64,000 bases of DNA from Octopus bimaculoides. Lineage: Eukaryota. A model generated the notes under the pieces. That model had not been told where the DNA came from, made no database searches, and saw nothing but the letters and a program-made list of their open reading frames with translations. The position numbers were made by a program, and so were the translations under genes. How positions within the stretch are numbered: the stretch's first letter is position 1; every line of letters starts with the position of its first letter. The stretch is taken from positions 2,156,011 to 2,220,010 of the forward strand of contig NC_069007.1 of NCBI RefSeq assembly GCF_001194135.2, in the 5' to 3' direction. Shown here piece after piece: positions 40,691 through 54,879 of the stretch.

Positions 40691-41151
40691 AGAAACCGTA
40701 AAGAGATTCAAAAGTTTTCAAACGAAAGCAGCCTTTAGTTCGCAATTGCACTGTTGTTTTTTGTTGTTGTTTTTCTTGTTATTTGTGTTCGATGTTCGTT
40801 TTCGTGTTTCTTTATTTTTTGTTGTATATTATCCTATTAATGCGTGAAGGTGATGAGTATCTGTTCCTAATCCGTCCATAGCACTGCTTACTGTACGCGT
40901 AATTAAATGGCCTTTTAGATGCTTCTAAACATATATACAAGTACACAGCACTGTTCCTTTTGATGTATGAAGAGGTTAAATAGGAACGAAACCTGGCAAC
41001 GGTTGTTACCCTTTGCCGCCAATTACCAGGCACTTCATTCTCCACATTTAATTTAGAATTTGGATTTCGAAATTTTCCCTTGCATTTTTTACAAGAATTA
41101 ACCATAAGACAGTTATAATTTATGCTATACAATTCAGTCATATTTTCATTA

Positions 41152-41540
41152 AGGTGGAGTCGCAATGGCCTAGTGGTTAGCAAAGCGGACTCACGGTCGT
41201 AGGATCGCGATTTTGATTCCCAGACCGGGGTGTTGTGGGTGTTTATTGAGCGAAAACACCTAAAAGCTCCACGAGGCTCCGGCAGGGGATGGTGGCGAAT
41301 CCTGCTGTACTCTTTCACCACAAATTTCTCTCACTCTTACTTCCTGTGTCTGTTGTGCCTGTAATTCAAAGGGTCAGCCTTGTCACACTGTGTCACGCTG
41401 AATATCCCCGAGAACTACGTTAAGGGTACACGTGTCTCTGGAGTGCTCAGCCACTTGCACGTTAATTTCACGAGCAGGTTGTTCCGTTGATCGGATCAAC
41501 TGGAACTCTTGACGTCGTAAGCGACGGAGTGCCAACAAAT
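41152..41540 (+). mobile_element. Full-length tRNA-derived SINE, family D
   Basis: tggcctagtggttag (A box), tttgattcc (B-box-like), body, and 3' tail ending gacggagtgccaacaa. Confidence 0.88.
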
Positions 41541-42711
41541 AACTACATAACAAGGAACTCGTTAGCTCACGATAATCTTTATTCCTTTGACGAAAAGTCG
41601 ATAGATTTTCACTTCAAAACGATGCTCCAAGTAATCTGGACGTATCGTTGTCGGCGAATTGATAGCGATAAAATGCCATCAGCATCTTTTTCCCAAAAGT
41701 TTTAGTTGCCAAAGTTAAATTCAGTTTAACCTGTAAGAAATGGTATGTGTAAACAAACGGTGTGTAATCCAAAATATATTGGTTTTACAGAATATATTGG
41801 GGGGGGTTTTTTTTTTTTATAAACGCAAAATGTGATGAAGTCATCGATTCAACTATGTTTTGAATTTGAAATATGCATTGGTGTCTTTGTCGAAGAATTC
41901 ACAAAGCGTATTTCTTGTTGATCTTACAAACCTAAATACTCCAGTATTCCTCACATTTGACTTATGATAGCAACTTCACAAGATTCATGATGTCATTTTT
42001 TTTTTTTTTTTCGCTTTTACAAGAATCAATTATAGGTGAACTCCGTGTTGAAACCGTGACGCTGTCTTAAAGATTACCTCTGTACTGATGCATCACACAT
42101 CAAAGATGATTCACCATTTTGTAAATGGTTGATTCAAACAAAGGCACTAAGTGCAATAGTGTTTCTAAATCGAAATCGTTGCAGGCTTCATAACAGTCTA
42201 CAAGCCGTGCTAAAATACACCAATGAGATTGACATACAACACACGGCTTTTAAAATACCGCAAAAAATTAAAAAAATGAAAAAAAAGATAAAACGAAGCT
42301 AATTAAATTTCTCACTTAATGAATCATTAAATTTTACTCCTTTCACTCCGGTATTAATGATGTAGTTGTTACTGGAAAAATTCATCAAATTTCTTCTCTG
42401 AAGAAACCTGTTGTATTCATTAATGATCTATTAATATTGATTTCCTGTGCGTTTGCATCGGGGATCAAATTATATATGACGTAGTGAAATAATGAGAAGA
42501 GAGAAACGAGCTTGGCTTCAACATGTCTTGTTGGGGTTTTGGTTAGATTTATAACTGTTAATTGAAGAATTCTTTTCTTTTTGTCTTGTTTCTTTCTGTT
42601 CTGTGTTTCTTTTTGTAAACTATCTCAAGTATGACACTAATGTTAAAATTAGAGTTTCGGTATTTAATATTATAGGTGTAAGGGTCCTTTAGTGTGCAAT
42701 ATCTTATAGGT

Positions 42712-43035
42712 ACAGGCATGCCTTTGTGGTTAGAAAAATCTCTTTTACAGCCACACGGTTTCGGGTTCAGTTCCACTTCGTGAAACATTGACCATGTGTT
42801 CTACTATAGCACTGAGCACAGCATTACTTTGAGTGAATTTAGTAAGCGGAAACTGTGTGTAACCCCGTTGTACACCTATATGCATATGTATGTGTGAGCG
42901 TGTGTGTATGTGAGTGTGTGAGCATGTGTGCGCGTGTGTGTGCTTTCACACTACGACCACTTCATGACCGGTGTTGTTTAGCTTACGTCTCGGTAACTTA
43001 GCGGTTTCGGCAAGAGTCCGAAAGAAGAATAACAA
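42712..43035 (+). mobile_element. SINE family A, diverged
   Basis: ggtttcgggttcagttccact...ttctactatagc...(GT)n...ggtaacttagcggtttcggcaag. Confidence 0.78.
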
Positions 43036-43599
43036 GACATTGAAATTCGTACTGTAAACCTTGGAGGCACAAATGGCATAAAATGAACGGAAGTAGTAAA
43101 AGATGGAAAATATAAGAAGACTTGTTTATGCGTAAACACTTCCTCTGCCAAGAGTTATTTTTCAAAATGAGAAACACAAAATATTCAGACTGCTGATTTT
43201 GTAGTGATTACAAATATTGCAATGTAAATATTGTTCTACCTTATCATGGCGATTTGGTATTCGTTTCTGATCAGCAAAGAACAAACCGAGACGAGATGGT
43301 CTTTTGTTTCACCGTAATCCTTCCAGAGGAGTCATAGCAGTCCTAATATTATTATTATTAATTTTATTAATATTACTGTTATTACTACTATTATTATCCA
43401 TACACCACAGACAAACTTTTGATGAGTTCCTTCGTGTCGATCCAGTGCAGTCTTGGTTAAAAGCAATTTAGTTTTTAATTTTTAAATTTAACATTAAGAA
43501 AATTAGATAATTATATAATTCTGAATATATAACTTTGCTGTATTTTCATTTATATTGTTATTCTATCTTTTACTTTTACTTTCGTCTACATATCTTTGC

Positions 43600-43647
<48 letters not shown>

Positions 43648-44019
43648 NNNNNNNNNNNNNNNNNNNNNNNNNNNNNNNNNNNNNNNNNNNNNNNNNNNNN
43701 NNNNNNNNNNNNNNNNNNNNNNNNNNNNNNNNNNNNNNNNNNNNNNNNNAATGAAAAAAATTTCGTAATGAAAAAAATTCATCATTTTTTCATACATATA
43801 TATAAATTTATATAAAGAGCATTAACTGTTACTTCACAGTTTTTCTGATTGAGAAACTAGTGGTCTACCGTTGAGTTAAATGTTTTTAAGAGATGAATTT
43901 TGAAAGCTGCATTCCCTCGCTTTCAGTAAATATGTTGCTTATTCTTTGGTAGTTTTTGACTTATTTAGTCCCTCGAAGCGTGAGGCATTACTACACAGTT
44001 AATGCCCTTTATATATAAT

Positions 44020-44052
<33 letters not shown>

Positions 44053-44196
44053 TTGAAAAAATAGCTTGGATGTATGTTATATTTAGTTAAGTTTCTTACT
44101 GTCAGCTAAAAAGTATATTTCTTCAAAAGTTAGCGAAGTGATGAGCTGAGAAGGGAAAAAAGTACAAGACTGAAATTCGAAAACTAATTTAGAACG

Positions 44197-44867
44197 ATGG
44201 TGATGATGATGATAGTAGTGGTGGTGGTGGTGGTGGTGATGATAATAATAACAATGATAATAATATTACTATTAATAATAATAATAACAAAAACAATAAT
44301 AATGATAATAATAATAATAATATTGGTGAAAAGAATTTATAATGAACTTGTAAAATCAAGGAAAGAATAATTTTAAAAAAATAAAAGGTATAATTATCAT
44401 AATACTTGTCAGCATCTTATTCGTTTGATGCAATTATAGACGAACTTTCTCGTGAGACGAATTTCTACTAAAACTAAATAAATAAATGAAGAGGTGAAAC
44501 AAATAACAACGCCATAACATTTTCTATTTGAAATCCGAAAATATCATGTAAAAAAAAAAAGAAGCATTATAATAAAGCGAAGAAAAAATAATTTTAAACT
44601 TTTAACAAATATAGTGACTCCAACGAGAAATACTGAAGAAAAAAATGGTTAACGAACAGTATAAAACATCAGCAATGATCATAATCATTTGCGTCATCCT
44701 CATCATAATCCTCATAGCCATCAACATCGTCATCAACATCATCATCCTCCTCCTCCTCCTCCTCCTCCTCCTCATCATCATCATAATTATCATCACCGTC
44801 ATCATTATCGTTATCATCATTAGCAGTAGTAACAGCATCGGTGCATCGAGATCGTTGTCATCATCAG
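44197..44867. repeat. Trinucleotide repeat blocks (GAT/GGT/AAT at 44197-44325; CAT/CCT at 44675-44867)
   Basis: Direct reading. Confidence 0.9.
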
Positions 44868-45648
44868 ACTGAAGGATTTTTAATTGCTGCACAAGACCAA
44901 AGCCTCCCCACCAGAAATTACCAAAAACATATAATGGAAAGAAACATAAGTAACGGCAGAATATGTGGCGATGGACAAGAAATAATAAATCGTATTATCT
45001 CTGGCTGCCCAGTCCTGGCTAAGAAGGAATATATTCACAGACACGACATACTTGGGACCTATATACACTGGAAGCTATGCCAACACTATGAAATGACAAC
45101 CATTTATGGCGTGTACCTATCCCATCTTTTTTCTGTTATGGAAAATGAGAAAGCAACCATACCATGGGATATACCAATACACACAGAGAAATTAAGGCCA
45201 AAAGGCTGCATATAGATATCAGAGATCACAAAGAAAAAAAAACAGTGCTTTCTAATCGATGTATCAGTACCGACATATGACAATATTTCCCTGAAAGAAA
45301 CGAACCAACTTTCAAAATACAAAGATCGGCAAATAGAGGTAACTCGATTGTGGAGTCTAAAAACAGAAACATTTCCTAACATAGCAGGTGCATTAGGTAT
45401 GATAAAAAAAAAAGACATTCAGACAAACACATAACAAAAACATCAGGACTTACAAGTATATATAACATACAGAAAATAGCACTACTGGGCATCGCACATA
45501 TCCTACGTAAAACACTTTCAATACAGTGAAAATAAGAGCACCACAACAAACCACAGCACATATCCAAGGCACACAGAGCTGTGCACTCGGTAGTGCAGTG
45601 AAAGTACGTGATAAAAATAAGACTAGTAAATAATAATAATATTAATAA
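44868..45648 (+). mobile_element. 5'-truncated, inactivated R4/Dong-clade non-LTR retrotransposon (CCHC knuckle plus restriction-like endonuclease)
   Basis: TEGFLIAAQDQSLPTRNY...GRICGDGQEIINRIISGCPVLAKKEYIHRHD...WDIPIHT...CFLIDVSVP..DN...KYKD..IEVTRLW...GALGMIKK...ALLGIAHILRKTLSIQ*, then a 3' UTR ending in (TAA)n. Frameshifts present; the CCHC and PD motifs are mutated. Confidence 0.88.
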
Positions 45649-45674
45649 TCCTATCTACAATAATCAGAAGGCCT

Positions 45675-45820
45675 GAAATTCGTGGGAGGGTGTAAGTTGA
45701 TCACATCGACCCCAGTACTTGATTAGAAGTGCATTCGAAAGTCGACTTCGACGGAATTTGAACTCAGAACGTAAAGGCGAACGGGATACCGCTAAGCCTT
45801 CGGACCGGTGCGCACCCGTC
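45675..45820 (-). mobile_element. SINE family B
   Basis: cacatcgaccccagtactt...aagtcgacttcgacggaatttgaactcagaacgtaaag. Confidence 0.85.
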
Positions 45821-46245
45821 CTCGATCTCCTTCGCATCGTCGTGATAATTATCATTAAGATATAAATTGTGGACAAAATAATTAACAGGGATAAAAAAAG
45901 TTAAAGAAATAATGTGAAAACGGTGATATCACATTCGCAAATACATTGATTTACACAAACACATACACCGAAAGAAGAAAAAAACGCACGTACGCACGCA
46001 CGATCCGTCCCTCAGTGACCATAGACACATACATATAGAGAAGCCTGCCAATACAATCCTTTTTATTGTTTGTACACTGAAGCAGAACCAATATGTGGAC
46101 CGTGAAGTTTCATCCGGTTTCAAGCGGTTTGGTGATGAGATTATGAAAATACAGTAGTTTTGTTTTATTTTGCTCAGTTTTTTTTTATGGAAAGAAAACT
46201 ATATATATATGTATGTGTGGGTGTGTGGGTGTGTGTAGAGAGGTG

Positions 46246-46249
<4 letters not shown>

Positions 46250-46320
<71 letters not shown>

Positions 46321-46503
46321 NNNNNNNNNNNNNNNNNNNNNNNNNNNNNNNNNNNNNNNNNNNNNNNNNNNNNNNNNNNNNNNNNNNNNNNNNNNNNNNN
46401 NNNNNNNNNNNNNNNNNNNNNNNNNNNNNNNNNNNNNNNNNNNNNNNNNNNNNNNNNNNNNNNNNNNNNNNNNNNNNNNNNNNNNNNNNNNNNNNNNNNN
46501 NNN

Positions 46504-46555
<52 letters not shown>

Positions 46556-46568
46556 GAGAGATAGAGGC

Positions 46569-46599
<31 letters not shown>

Positions 46600-46645
46600 A
46601 TACACACACACACACACACACACACATACATATGTGTGTGTGTTT
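46250..46645. repeat. (TA)n/(GA)n/(CA)n block containing an N-gap
   Basis: Direct reading. Confidence 0.95.
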
Positions 46646-46819
46646 GTGTGTGTATCAGTAAAAATGCTAGTTTAAAAAAAAAACCTCTGTAAGAGATCAA
46701 GGCTTTAGTTGTACTAACAAGTAATGTTGGTAGCCACTTCAACATGTCTGTCTTTTCGAACGGAATTTACTGCGATTTTTTTAACCTCAACAGGACATCT
46801 CCTGTAGCTGGTTAACGAG

Positions 46820-46982
46820 ATATTGCAAGCAGGAGAGCGAACCCCTACCACCTTCTAGTGATGGAAACAGCAGACCAGCCTCGTTTCAGGCGGGCTATTT
46901 CAGCAGGGCTATTTCAGCCTGTCTTCAGTAGTGGACATCTCGTCTGCTAGAGATGGCAGTAACTCGCTTCTGCTCGCAGTAT
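46820..46982. mobile_element. Old MITE-like element with ~37-bp imperfect terminal inverted repeats
   Basis: atattgcaagcaggagagcga...ttctag versus the reverse complement atactgcgagcagaagcga...ctctag. Confidence 0.4.
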
Positions 46983-47167
46983 ATATAATTTCAAGCGCCA
47001 TACATTCTCTAATTTTGCAACAAGTGAATAAACGAAAATTAAAGATTGCAATAAAGAAGAATGAATTTGTTTGACACTCGGTAAAAATAGCTCTTTGTCA
47101 GTGGGTAAAATTTAAAACTCCTAAGAAGGAAAAAATTACCAACAGCACGTGTTAGATACAAAAAGAA

Positions 47168-47171
47168 AAAC

Positions 47172-47202
<31 letters not shown>

Positions 47203-47280
47203 GAGCGAGAAAGAGAGGAAGAGAGAGAGCGAGAAAGAGAGGAAGAGAGAGAGAGCGAGAAAGAGAGGAAGAGAGAGATA
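47168..47280. repeat. GA-rich minisatellite with a 24-bp unit (gagagagagcgagaaagagaggaa)
   Basis: About three tandem units read directly. Confidence 0.85.
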
Positions 47281-47629
47281 CACATACAACACACATGCCA
47301 GGTACACACATTCCCACACACAAGATCACTCATCTATGAAGCTGCGCGCACAGAAACATACGTAAAAGTTGTAGGACCGGTTAGAATCAGATATTTAAAT
47401 ACTAAAAGCCCTGAGATAGGTTATGGAATAGGGCAGGAATGCCTTAACAACATATACTAACATATACATATTTATACACACATTCACACCTATGACAAAG
47501 TACAGGTTGTGTATTCGAGGTCATACATGGGTACATTATTGCACGTATACCAGAGTCCGCTAGAGACCCCCAGAGCCAAACACATGGAAGGTTCCAAATT
47601 AGATGAAGAATAAAAGAATAACACAGATT

Positions 47630-47790
47630 GGTTAAGGTTTACTACTACGGAGGCGTTAAATGGCATCACTTCGCAAGAGATCGAATACTGCCTCGATCAG
47701 TGGAAAACTATCTGGACCGATGCATTGCTTCTGAATGGAGAATAATTTGAAGACGATAGAAGTGCAAACAAGTAAAATTTAGTGAATAAA
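47630..47790 (+). mobile_element. Mariner transposase C-terminal remnant
   Basis: TTTEALNGITSQEIEYCLDQWK / YLDRCIAS / NGE*FEDD, frameshifted. Confidence 0.7.
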
Positions 47791-48333
47791 ATAATATTTT
47801 GTCTGTTTCCCACAAACTTAATTCAATTATTATATATTCATTTATTCTCGTGATTTTTCCAAAGATGTTAATTCATAAGTAAAATTACTATTTTTAAATT
47901 CCCTTGTTCGAAAATATAATGACACAGAACGTGCCGTATAGCCAGCTGGAGACGATGTCTCCTGGGGCTAAATTACACCAACATTAGTCGTCAAGCAGGA
48001 CTGCCATGCTATGTTGGCAAACAATCTTTACTATCTCAATTCATTATGGAAACAGAAGTACCTAAATTCTGTGATGTACAAAATATATAATAATACATAT
48101 GTAATAAAAAGATCACGTGAAACTCTCGTGTGCTAAATACTTTGATGTACTTCCTTGTATTACGTAACCTATGGCAAAACTGGCAATCACCCGAATCTTT
48201 TGAAACTTTCTAATGAAACAATGTGAACTATCACTCATATGTAGTATAATTTTTCCCCATTTTATTCCAAGATATCACTTGGCAATCACTACAAAGTTGT
48301 TTATGTGTATTCCCCCCACGCACACCACACGCA

Positions 48334-48379
<46 letters not shown>

Positions 48380-48402
48380 TATATATATATATACATATAT
48401 AC

Positions 48403-48437
<35 letters not shown>

Positions 48438-48464
48438 CATATATACATATATATAAGTATATAC

Positions 48465-48495
<31 letters not shown>

Positions 48496-48818
48496 TGTAT
48501 ATAAATACACACACACACGCACTACATATATATNNNNNNNNNNNNNNNNNNNNNNNNNNNNNNNNNNNNNNNNNNNNNNNNNNNNNNNNNNNNNNNNNNN
48601 NNNNNNNNNNNNNNNNNNNNNNNNNNNNNNNNNNNNNNNNNNNNNNNNNNNNNNNNNNNNNNNNNNNNNNNNNNNNNNNNNNNNNNNNNNNNNNNNNNNN
48701 NNNNNNNNNNNNNNNNNNNNNNNNNNNNNNNNNNNNNNNNNNNNNNNNNNNNNNNNNNNNNNNNNNNNNNNNNNNNNNNNNNNNNNNNNNNNNNNNNNNN
48801 NNNNNNNNNNNNNNNNNN

Positions 48819-48852
<34 letters not shown>

Positions 48853-48893
48853 TATATATATATATACATATATACATATATATAAGTATATAC

Positions 48894-48938
<45 letters not shown>

Positions 48939-49145
48939 AGGGAATGAATTCGTTGCTTGAGTGGAAATGCTGAAAGTTTTTAAAAACTTTAACCGCATTA
49001 GGGTGACTACCATTTCTGCCATCAGTTACATGATAAATGGTAGCTAGTTCATCCAGTGTATAGCAAACGGAAGCACAAATTTTTATATATATGGAGATGA
49101 CGTTTTTTTTTTCTTTTGAGAATTTCGCTACTTTTCACTCTATAG

Positions 49146-49271
49146 TGAATAAAGTACACTTTTTCGAAAGAGCAGCGAAACTGAAAGATGCTACGACCGA
49201 AAAGTTTATGAAGTGCTTTACGTTGCATTCGGAAGGAATGGTAGACAGTCCGGGGAAAAACTGGGAAGATA
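49146..49271 (+). CDS. Internal coding exon (126 nt, phase 1-1) of an unidentified large-intron gene; xNKVHFFERAAKLKDATTEKFMKCFTLHSEGMVDSPGKNWEDx
   Basis: Acceptor ctacttttcactctatAG and donor GATA|GTAAGT. Only phase 1 is open (phase 0 starts TGA, phase 2 hits TAA). Length is a multiple of 3 and the peptide is non-repetitive. Confidence 0.7.
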
Positions 49272-50503
49272 GTAAGTTTATTTTGTAGCGTGAAATACCA
49301 CGAATTTTTTATGTAAATTCTATGTACTTTATACAGACAGAACCAACGTGCGTGAAGTCAATTTGCTTTAAATTCATATATGGAAGCGCATAAGTGTCTC
49401 CATTTTGCTGAGGGTTATCTGGCTGCCTAACATCAGTTAAAACGTGATGTATTGAATTATTGATTTCCTGCGTAATCTTCTACAAAGTAAATTGAAACAG
49501 ATTTAGGCGAATACTGTAATGTGAAAATTCTTTGAAAGTTTCTTAACTTTCGACATTTAAACTGGATTTGTGGGATTAAAATGCACTTTTTAAGTGTTCG
49601 AGAAAATTGCCATTTCTTTTCTATATTTGTATTATCTAAATCTCCTCTAAATTTAAACATATGTATTTGATTTAAAACATCTATTTTTGATCAACAAATA
49701 ATCAATTATTTCCTTTTGCCTGAAGTTTTCAACTTACTCTTGTTATTGATTATTTTGTATGAAAGGATTCGTGAATAATGACACAGTATTGGAAGATGAT
49801 CGCATTTTGCTACATATGTACTATATAGACACATGTACACACTAATAATTATATAAACATACATGAATATATAATACATGCATGCATGCGTGTATGGCGT
49901 AGATGACACTTGTTAGTCGTGGTGAAGGCATATCTTCTAAGAAAGGAAACTTTGATATAAAGCCAGGTCATAGCAGTGGCAGTCCCCTTAATTGGCTGCA
50001 CTATCAAAGCCATGACTGTTTGATGAGGGCAAATGAAACGAAACCGTGATTAAGATAGCCAGGATAGGAAAGAAACTTTCCAGGACAACAAGTATAGGAG
50101 AATAAAACTGTAGGGCAACCAGTATTGGAGAATTAAGCTCTCAATTCAAATTGAGGAAAAGCCTAAGAGAAGGTAGTTCGATATAAAACCTGCAGTCAAC
50201 TTAACACACATCATCTTGTTTTCTTTGTCACTGGGATCTACTATTTTAACCCGGATTACATATCCCTTTGAATATATATATATATATATATAATATATAT
50301 ATATATATATAATGTATATATATATATGCATATTTATTAGCATAGATATACTTATCTACATACATACCTATTTATATATACACATACAAACATATATAAT
50401 ACATTTACGTGTACGTATGCATAAGTGCTAAAGCATATGTGTCTATGTGCGTATATATTACACGTATGTGCCTGTATGCATATGTGTAAAAGCATATATA
50501 TAT

Positions 50504-50546
<43 letters not shown>

Positions 50547-52196
50547 GCATGTCTGTGTTAGGAAACAAAAGATAAGCATTGCTGTCCAGCCAGTGGTGCT
50601 GAGCCATCAGCCCTTGCTACATGTTCCTCCATTCAAAGATGAATTTACTTCCATGCTTGATGAGAATAGTATTTTAACAGTGTTCGAACATTTGGACGTT
50701 CAGCGGGTGTGTAAGATCCAATTAAATTCGATCATTTCAGCTACAAAAAGATTCAATATTATTCGATGGAAGGAGTAAAAGCTAAGAAACACTAGATGTG
50801 ACACTTCGCTAAAGTAGATCGAGAAAGTATATGTGTTTGTCGAAACTAAGTGATATTCAGTCGGGGAAACCATTTTCATTTTCTGTGACGGTTTAATCAA
50901 CAAATAGCGTCCCTGCATTCTATTTTTCCTTCAGATGATAACAATTGCTTTGAAATGCTTTAGGCTATGTGTTCATAATCCCTACACAGTAATTGCCTAA
51001 ATAGCATCGTAGTTATACCTTGGGCAAACCTTTTAAAACTTGAATTATTGAATAGAATTTTTCAATGCATCGCTTTATATCGCTGACATACAGAGACACG
51101 CATTTTTGTTATCATCTTGTATTTTCCCCACTTTCTTTTGTTGATAGTTTTTCCCATTTTCTTTCTACAGCGACAGAGTGGAATGCAATTCCTATGTTAT
51201 CTGTCAAAGCTCCCAGCGTTTGCAAATTACTTAATGCCAGTTTTCGAAATACCAACAAATTCTCTTAGAAATCAACACGGGGATTACGCATGGCTTCGGC
51301 ATTTTGTTCGTTATAATGCCATATTGGAGAGAAAAAGAAAAGAAAAAGAAAAAAGATAAACGTTTAATGTAATCCGGACCGGATACGTGTAGCTTATTCT
51401 TTTTTACTTTTTCGTTTCTCCAAAATACCTTTTAACGAAGTGAATGTCCCCGGTGACATTTCTTTTCTTTCTTTTTTATCAAAAGTTCTTTCAAAAGAGA
51501 AATACGAATTAATTTTATCCTATGAATAACAATCAGAAAAGAAGCAAATTCTTGAAAGCAAACAGCTTTACTCTTGAACAGGTCACCTCAAAGAATCCCC
51601 ATCCACACGATAGCGCCTACTGTTAGAAGTAGTTGTGAAGCTAACCTCAAGTCATTCACTTCCATATTTAAAAGAAGTCTACATTGGTTATGTAGCCCTG
51701 AAATCGAGAAGTGAATAACTAACATGGAAGATTACTAATCTACATACTTGCGCTAATTCACATGTTAGAGGAGGGTAAGCAACAGAATTTACATCGGTCT
51801 AATCGAGAACGCATTCAAATGTAAGGGGTTCTGCAGACACATCTTACTTACATAAAGTCGCGAAATAATACCGCACTGCCCTAATGTATATGGTGTCTGA
51901 AAGATATAATAATTAAAATTTCAAACATATTTCGCTTGATTAGTGAAACTGTAGGTCCATATCCAAAGGGTCTAAAAAAAATATGCGTATACAGCATTCT
52001 TAACCAGCGATCGATATATTGAAAGGAATATTCGAACTCCTATATAAGTGCAGAATAGAAACTTACCAGTACTTGAAACTTTTACAAATTCAAATAAATC
52101 AATTATGTTGAAGAAAATCTAAATGCAGACAATGACATACACAAGTACAAATATATTTATTCAAACAATGAGAAGCTTCGAGAATGATGGCAATAG

Positions 52197-52235
<39 letters not shown>

Positions 52236-54879
52236 AGAAAATGCTGCTAAACACACACAGGTTTCTGCTTCAGGATCAACCACGAATTATTCGCGCTCTG
52301 ATAAAAAAATACGATGGTTACTATTATCGTCAGTAAAGCAATATTATCACGTGAACATATTAGTCTAGTTATAGACACTATATATAAAATGTTCAGCTAT
52401 ACGCATGCAATTGATCAATAGATATAGCATAAAAGCTCTATAAACCTCGGTTATTCGATCTTCTAACTTTAATTCTATCAGCAACCTGAAAGTCACACTA
52501 TCACTACCGAGCGAGTTCGGTTTCAAACAGCGAACTTCTATGTGTGTATTTGTGTTTATTATCATGTGTGTTCCTACGTGTGTGTATGTCAGTAGCTACA
52601 CATGAGTTACAAAATATTGTAGACTGTGTCAATCAGAAAGCTCTTTCCTCGCATAAAAATCGCAAAATTAAACATAACGGTTATTTACTCATCACATTCA
52701 AAATTTTATTAAATGCAGATAATTCAGGAAGGTTTTCTAATACATAAGAACCATACATTTACGTCAGCATCATTATTATATAAATACCTAGTGATATCTG
52801 GATACATAGATAAACCTATACTTAGAAACAGTTTGCTAAGTTTTATAAAATTGATGCATTTAAATACCTACTCGAAAAGAAATACGACTGACGCCGCACC
52901 AATTATAGGTTATGCGCCACTAAATTGTTTTGCGCAAGTATGACAGAGTTTCTTAAATCTATTTCGTTATTGCTAAAAGGAATCCTTTTGGGATTGACAT
53001 GTAATTTTATGTCATGGAACAGGAAGTAAACTACAAATACTATATTTCAGTAAGAATGGAATTAGTTGCAATAAAGTAAATATATGATACTAAACGCATT
53101 CAGTAATCTTATTTATTCAGCATAACCTTTTGAAGTTACTAAATCACAACTGTTAGAGAGTAGAGCATTTTCGGCGACAAACAGACACAGTCTTTGAAAT
53201 TGGAATAATATAACTTACTCTACAAGTAACTATATCAATACTTTCAAATAAATACTTGATGAAGCAATTTTCTGAGTAAAGTTTGGGAAATGTTGGTTAT
53301 CACATGATTTACATATCAATGATCAACCAAAATTTGTTATAAATTCACTCAGCGTCTTCCTCCTCCTCCTCCACCACTTTACAAACGAAAGACCTCAAAG
53401 CATACTTATGTATAAATGTTACTCTTGTGAACGTCTTTGCAGATAATGAATTCATTATTTTTATCCGGTTAGTTTCTAACTAATTTTCTTTCTTTCTTAC
53501 TTTCATTTGCCTTACGTTCTTTAACGTTGTGGTAAATTGATAAACGAATTTAAAGCGAACGCAAAACAAAGAATCATCTTTGGTAAATTCCAGCAATGCA
53601 AAATGTTGAAGGGGTAACATAGTCAAAAGTAAATGAATCTCTGATGCCAAAACCGTTAATTTATACATTGATACATCCATATCCGCAGAATCATATGGAA
53701 AAAATCTGTCAATTATACAGAAGGATCTGCTGAGATCTGTTCGAAAAATCTCCATGAAATAAACAAAAAACAATAATATATTAATTAGAAATCGCAAGAA
53801 AAAAAATTTATTTTATTTATGATAGCATGAAATGTTTACTTGTTATAAGAAAACAACATGTATAATAGGCGAACGAATGCTAGATTCCAGATTAGAATAT
53901 TTAACTAATTATAGAAGATATATATATCAAGCTCAAGAACACAGAAAACTCGATCAGTAATGAAGAAACAGATGAGCTAGAAGATTAATTCGCAAACATG
54001 TTTTAGATAATATTAATGATTTAATTAGAACCGTCACTTACCGCCATCAATAGAAGCGTTACAATATCGTAATCAGTTGCTTTGAAAACATTAATAATAA
54101 AAAAAAACTGTACTTATCTTCACTCAACCCGTTATTGTGAAACGTTACCCCTCCATCTTCTAAATGTTCCTTATCAGCACTTTAGATTTTGTAAAAGAAT
54201 ACAGCTCCATTAATAACAATGATGTAGAAATACTTGTGTACGTACAAAAAAATTTACTCTTAAACGAGAGTAATAGCGTTAACCAATTTGCCAGAGGTCA
54301 GCGTGATATCCTTGTGTAGCACAGAGATATGTGGTCCGCTCCCTCATTACATACTTGGATTGGCTACGAATGAGCTCGTATGTATAGATATAAACTAATA
54401 AATATACGGCAGTTTTAACCGTAAACTTGTTTACAAACGTTCATACGCTAGGCTTAGTCTCAATAAATCTATTTAATAATATTGACATTAAAATTACAAA
54501 ACTCACGAAGCGACTGTCTTTAAATAACTCGTCGTTAAATATTATGAAAGATGCAAAGAGGCAAGACATACAGGAAAACAAACGAAAAACTCATATATAT
54601 TGATATCAGTCACACACGAATGCGTATAGATTTCTAATCCCAAGTATAAATTGGGAGAAGAAGCGATACATAACCGTAAAATAATGCTTAATATGGTAGA
54701 ACCTTCTGAACTACCGGCAAAAAGACGTAAAGAAAAATCTATCACGCCCCTAATTCTGTTCATCATGTCGTATTTCAGCAATGAAATTACATGTTTCAAT
54801 ATGTTAGGAGTTAATGTGTTTGTGTTCAGCATTAAATTTAATATTCCATAGTCTTCTTTCATTCCTTCACGTGTTTCAG

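Noticed and set aside
40416-41321. Acidic 143-aa plus ORF and 169-aa minus ORF
   Set aside because: The first is built from (TA)n and (GAC/GAT)n repeats; the second begins in the antisense of a SINE. No recognisable domain in either.
48338-48932. Near-identical TA-rich sequence on both sides of an N-gap (also 21181-21230 versus 21501-21535)
   Set aside because: Most likely an unmerged contig overlap rather than a real duplication.
51852-52118. Two minus-strand exon-like segments (52067-52118 and 51852-51896) with GTAAGT donors, giving IFFNIIDLFEFVKVSSTDTIYIRAVRYYFATL
   Set aside because: Phase-compatible, but no recognisable protein, and such motifs are common in AT-rich introns; needs RNA evidence.
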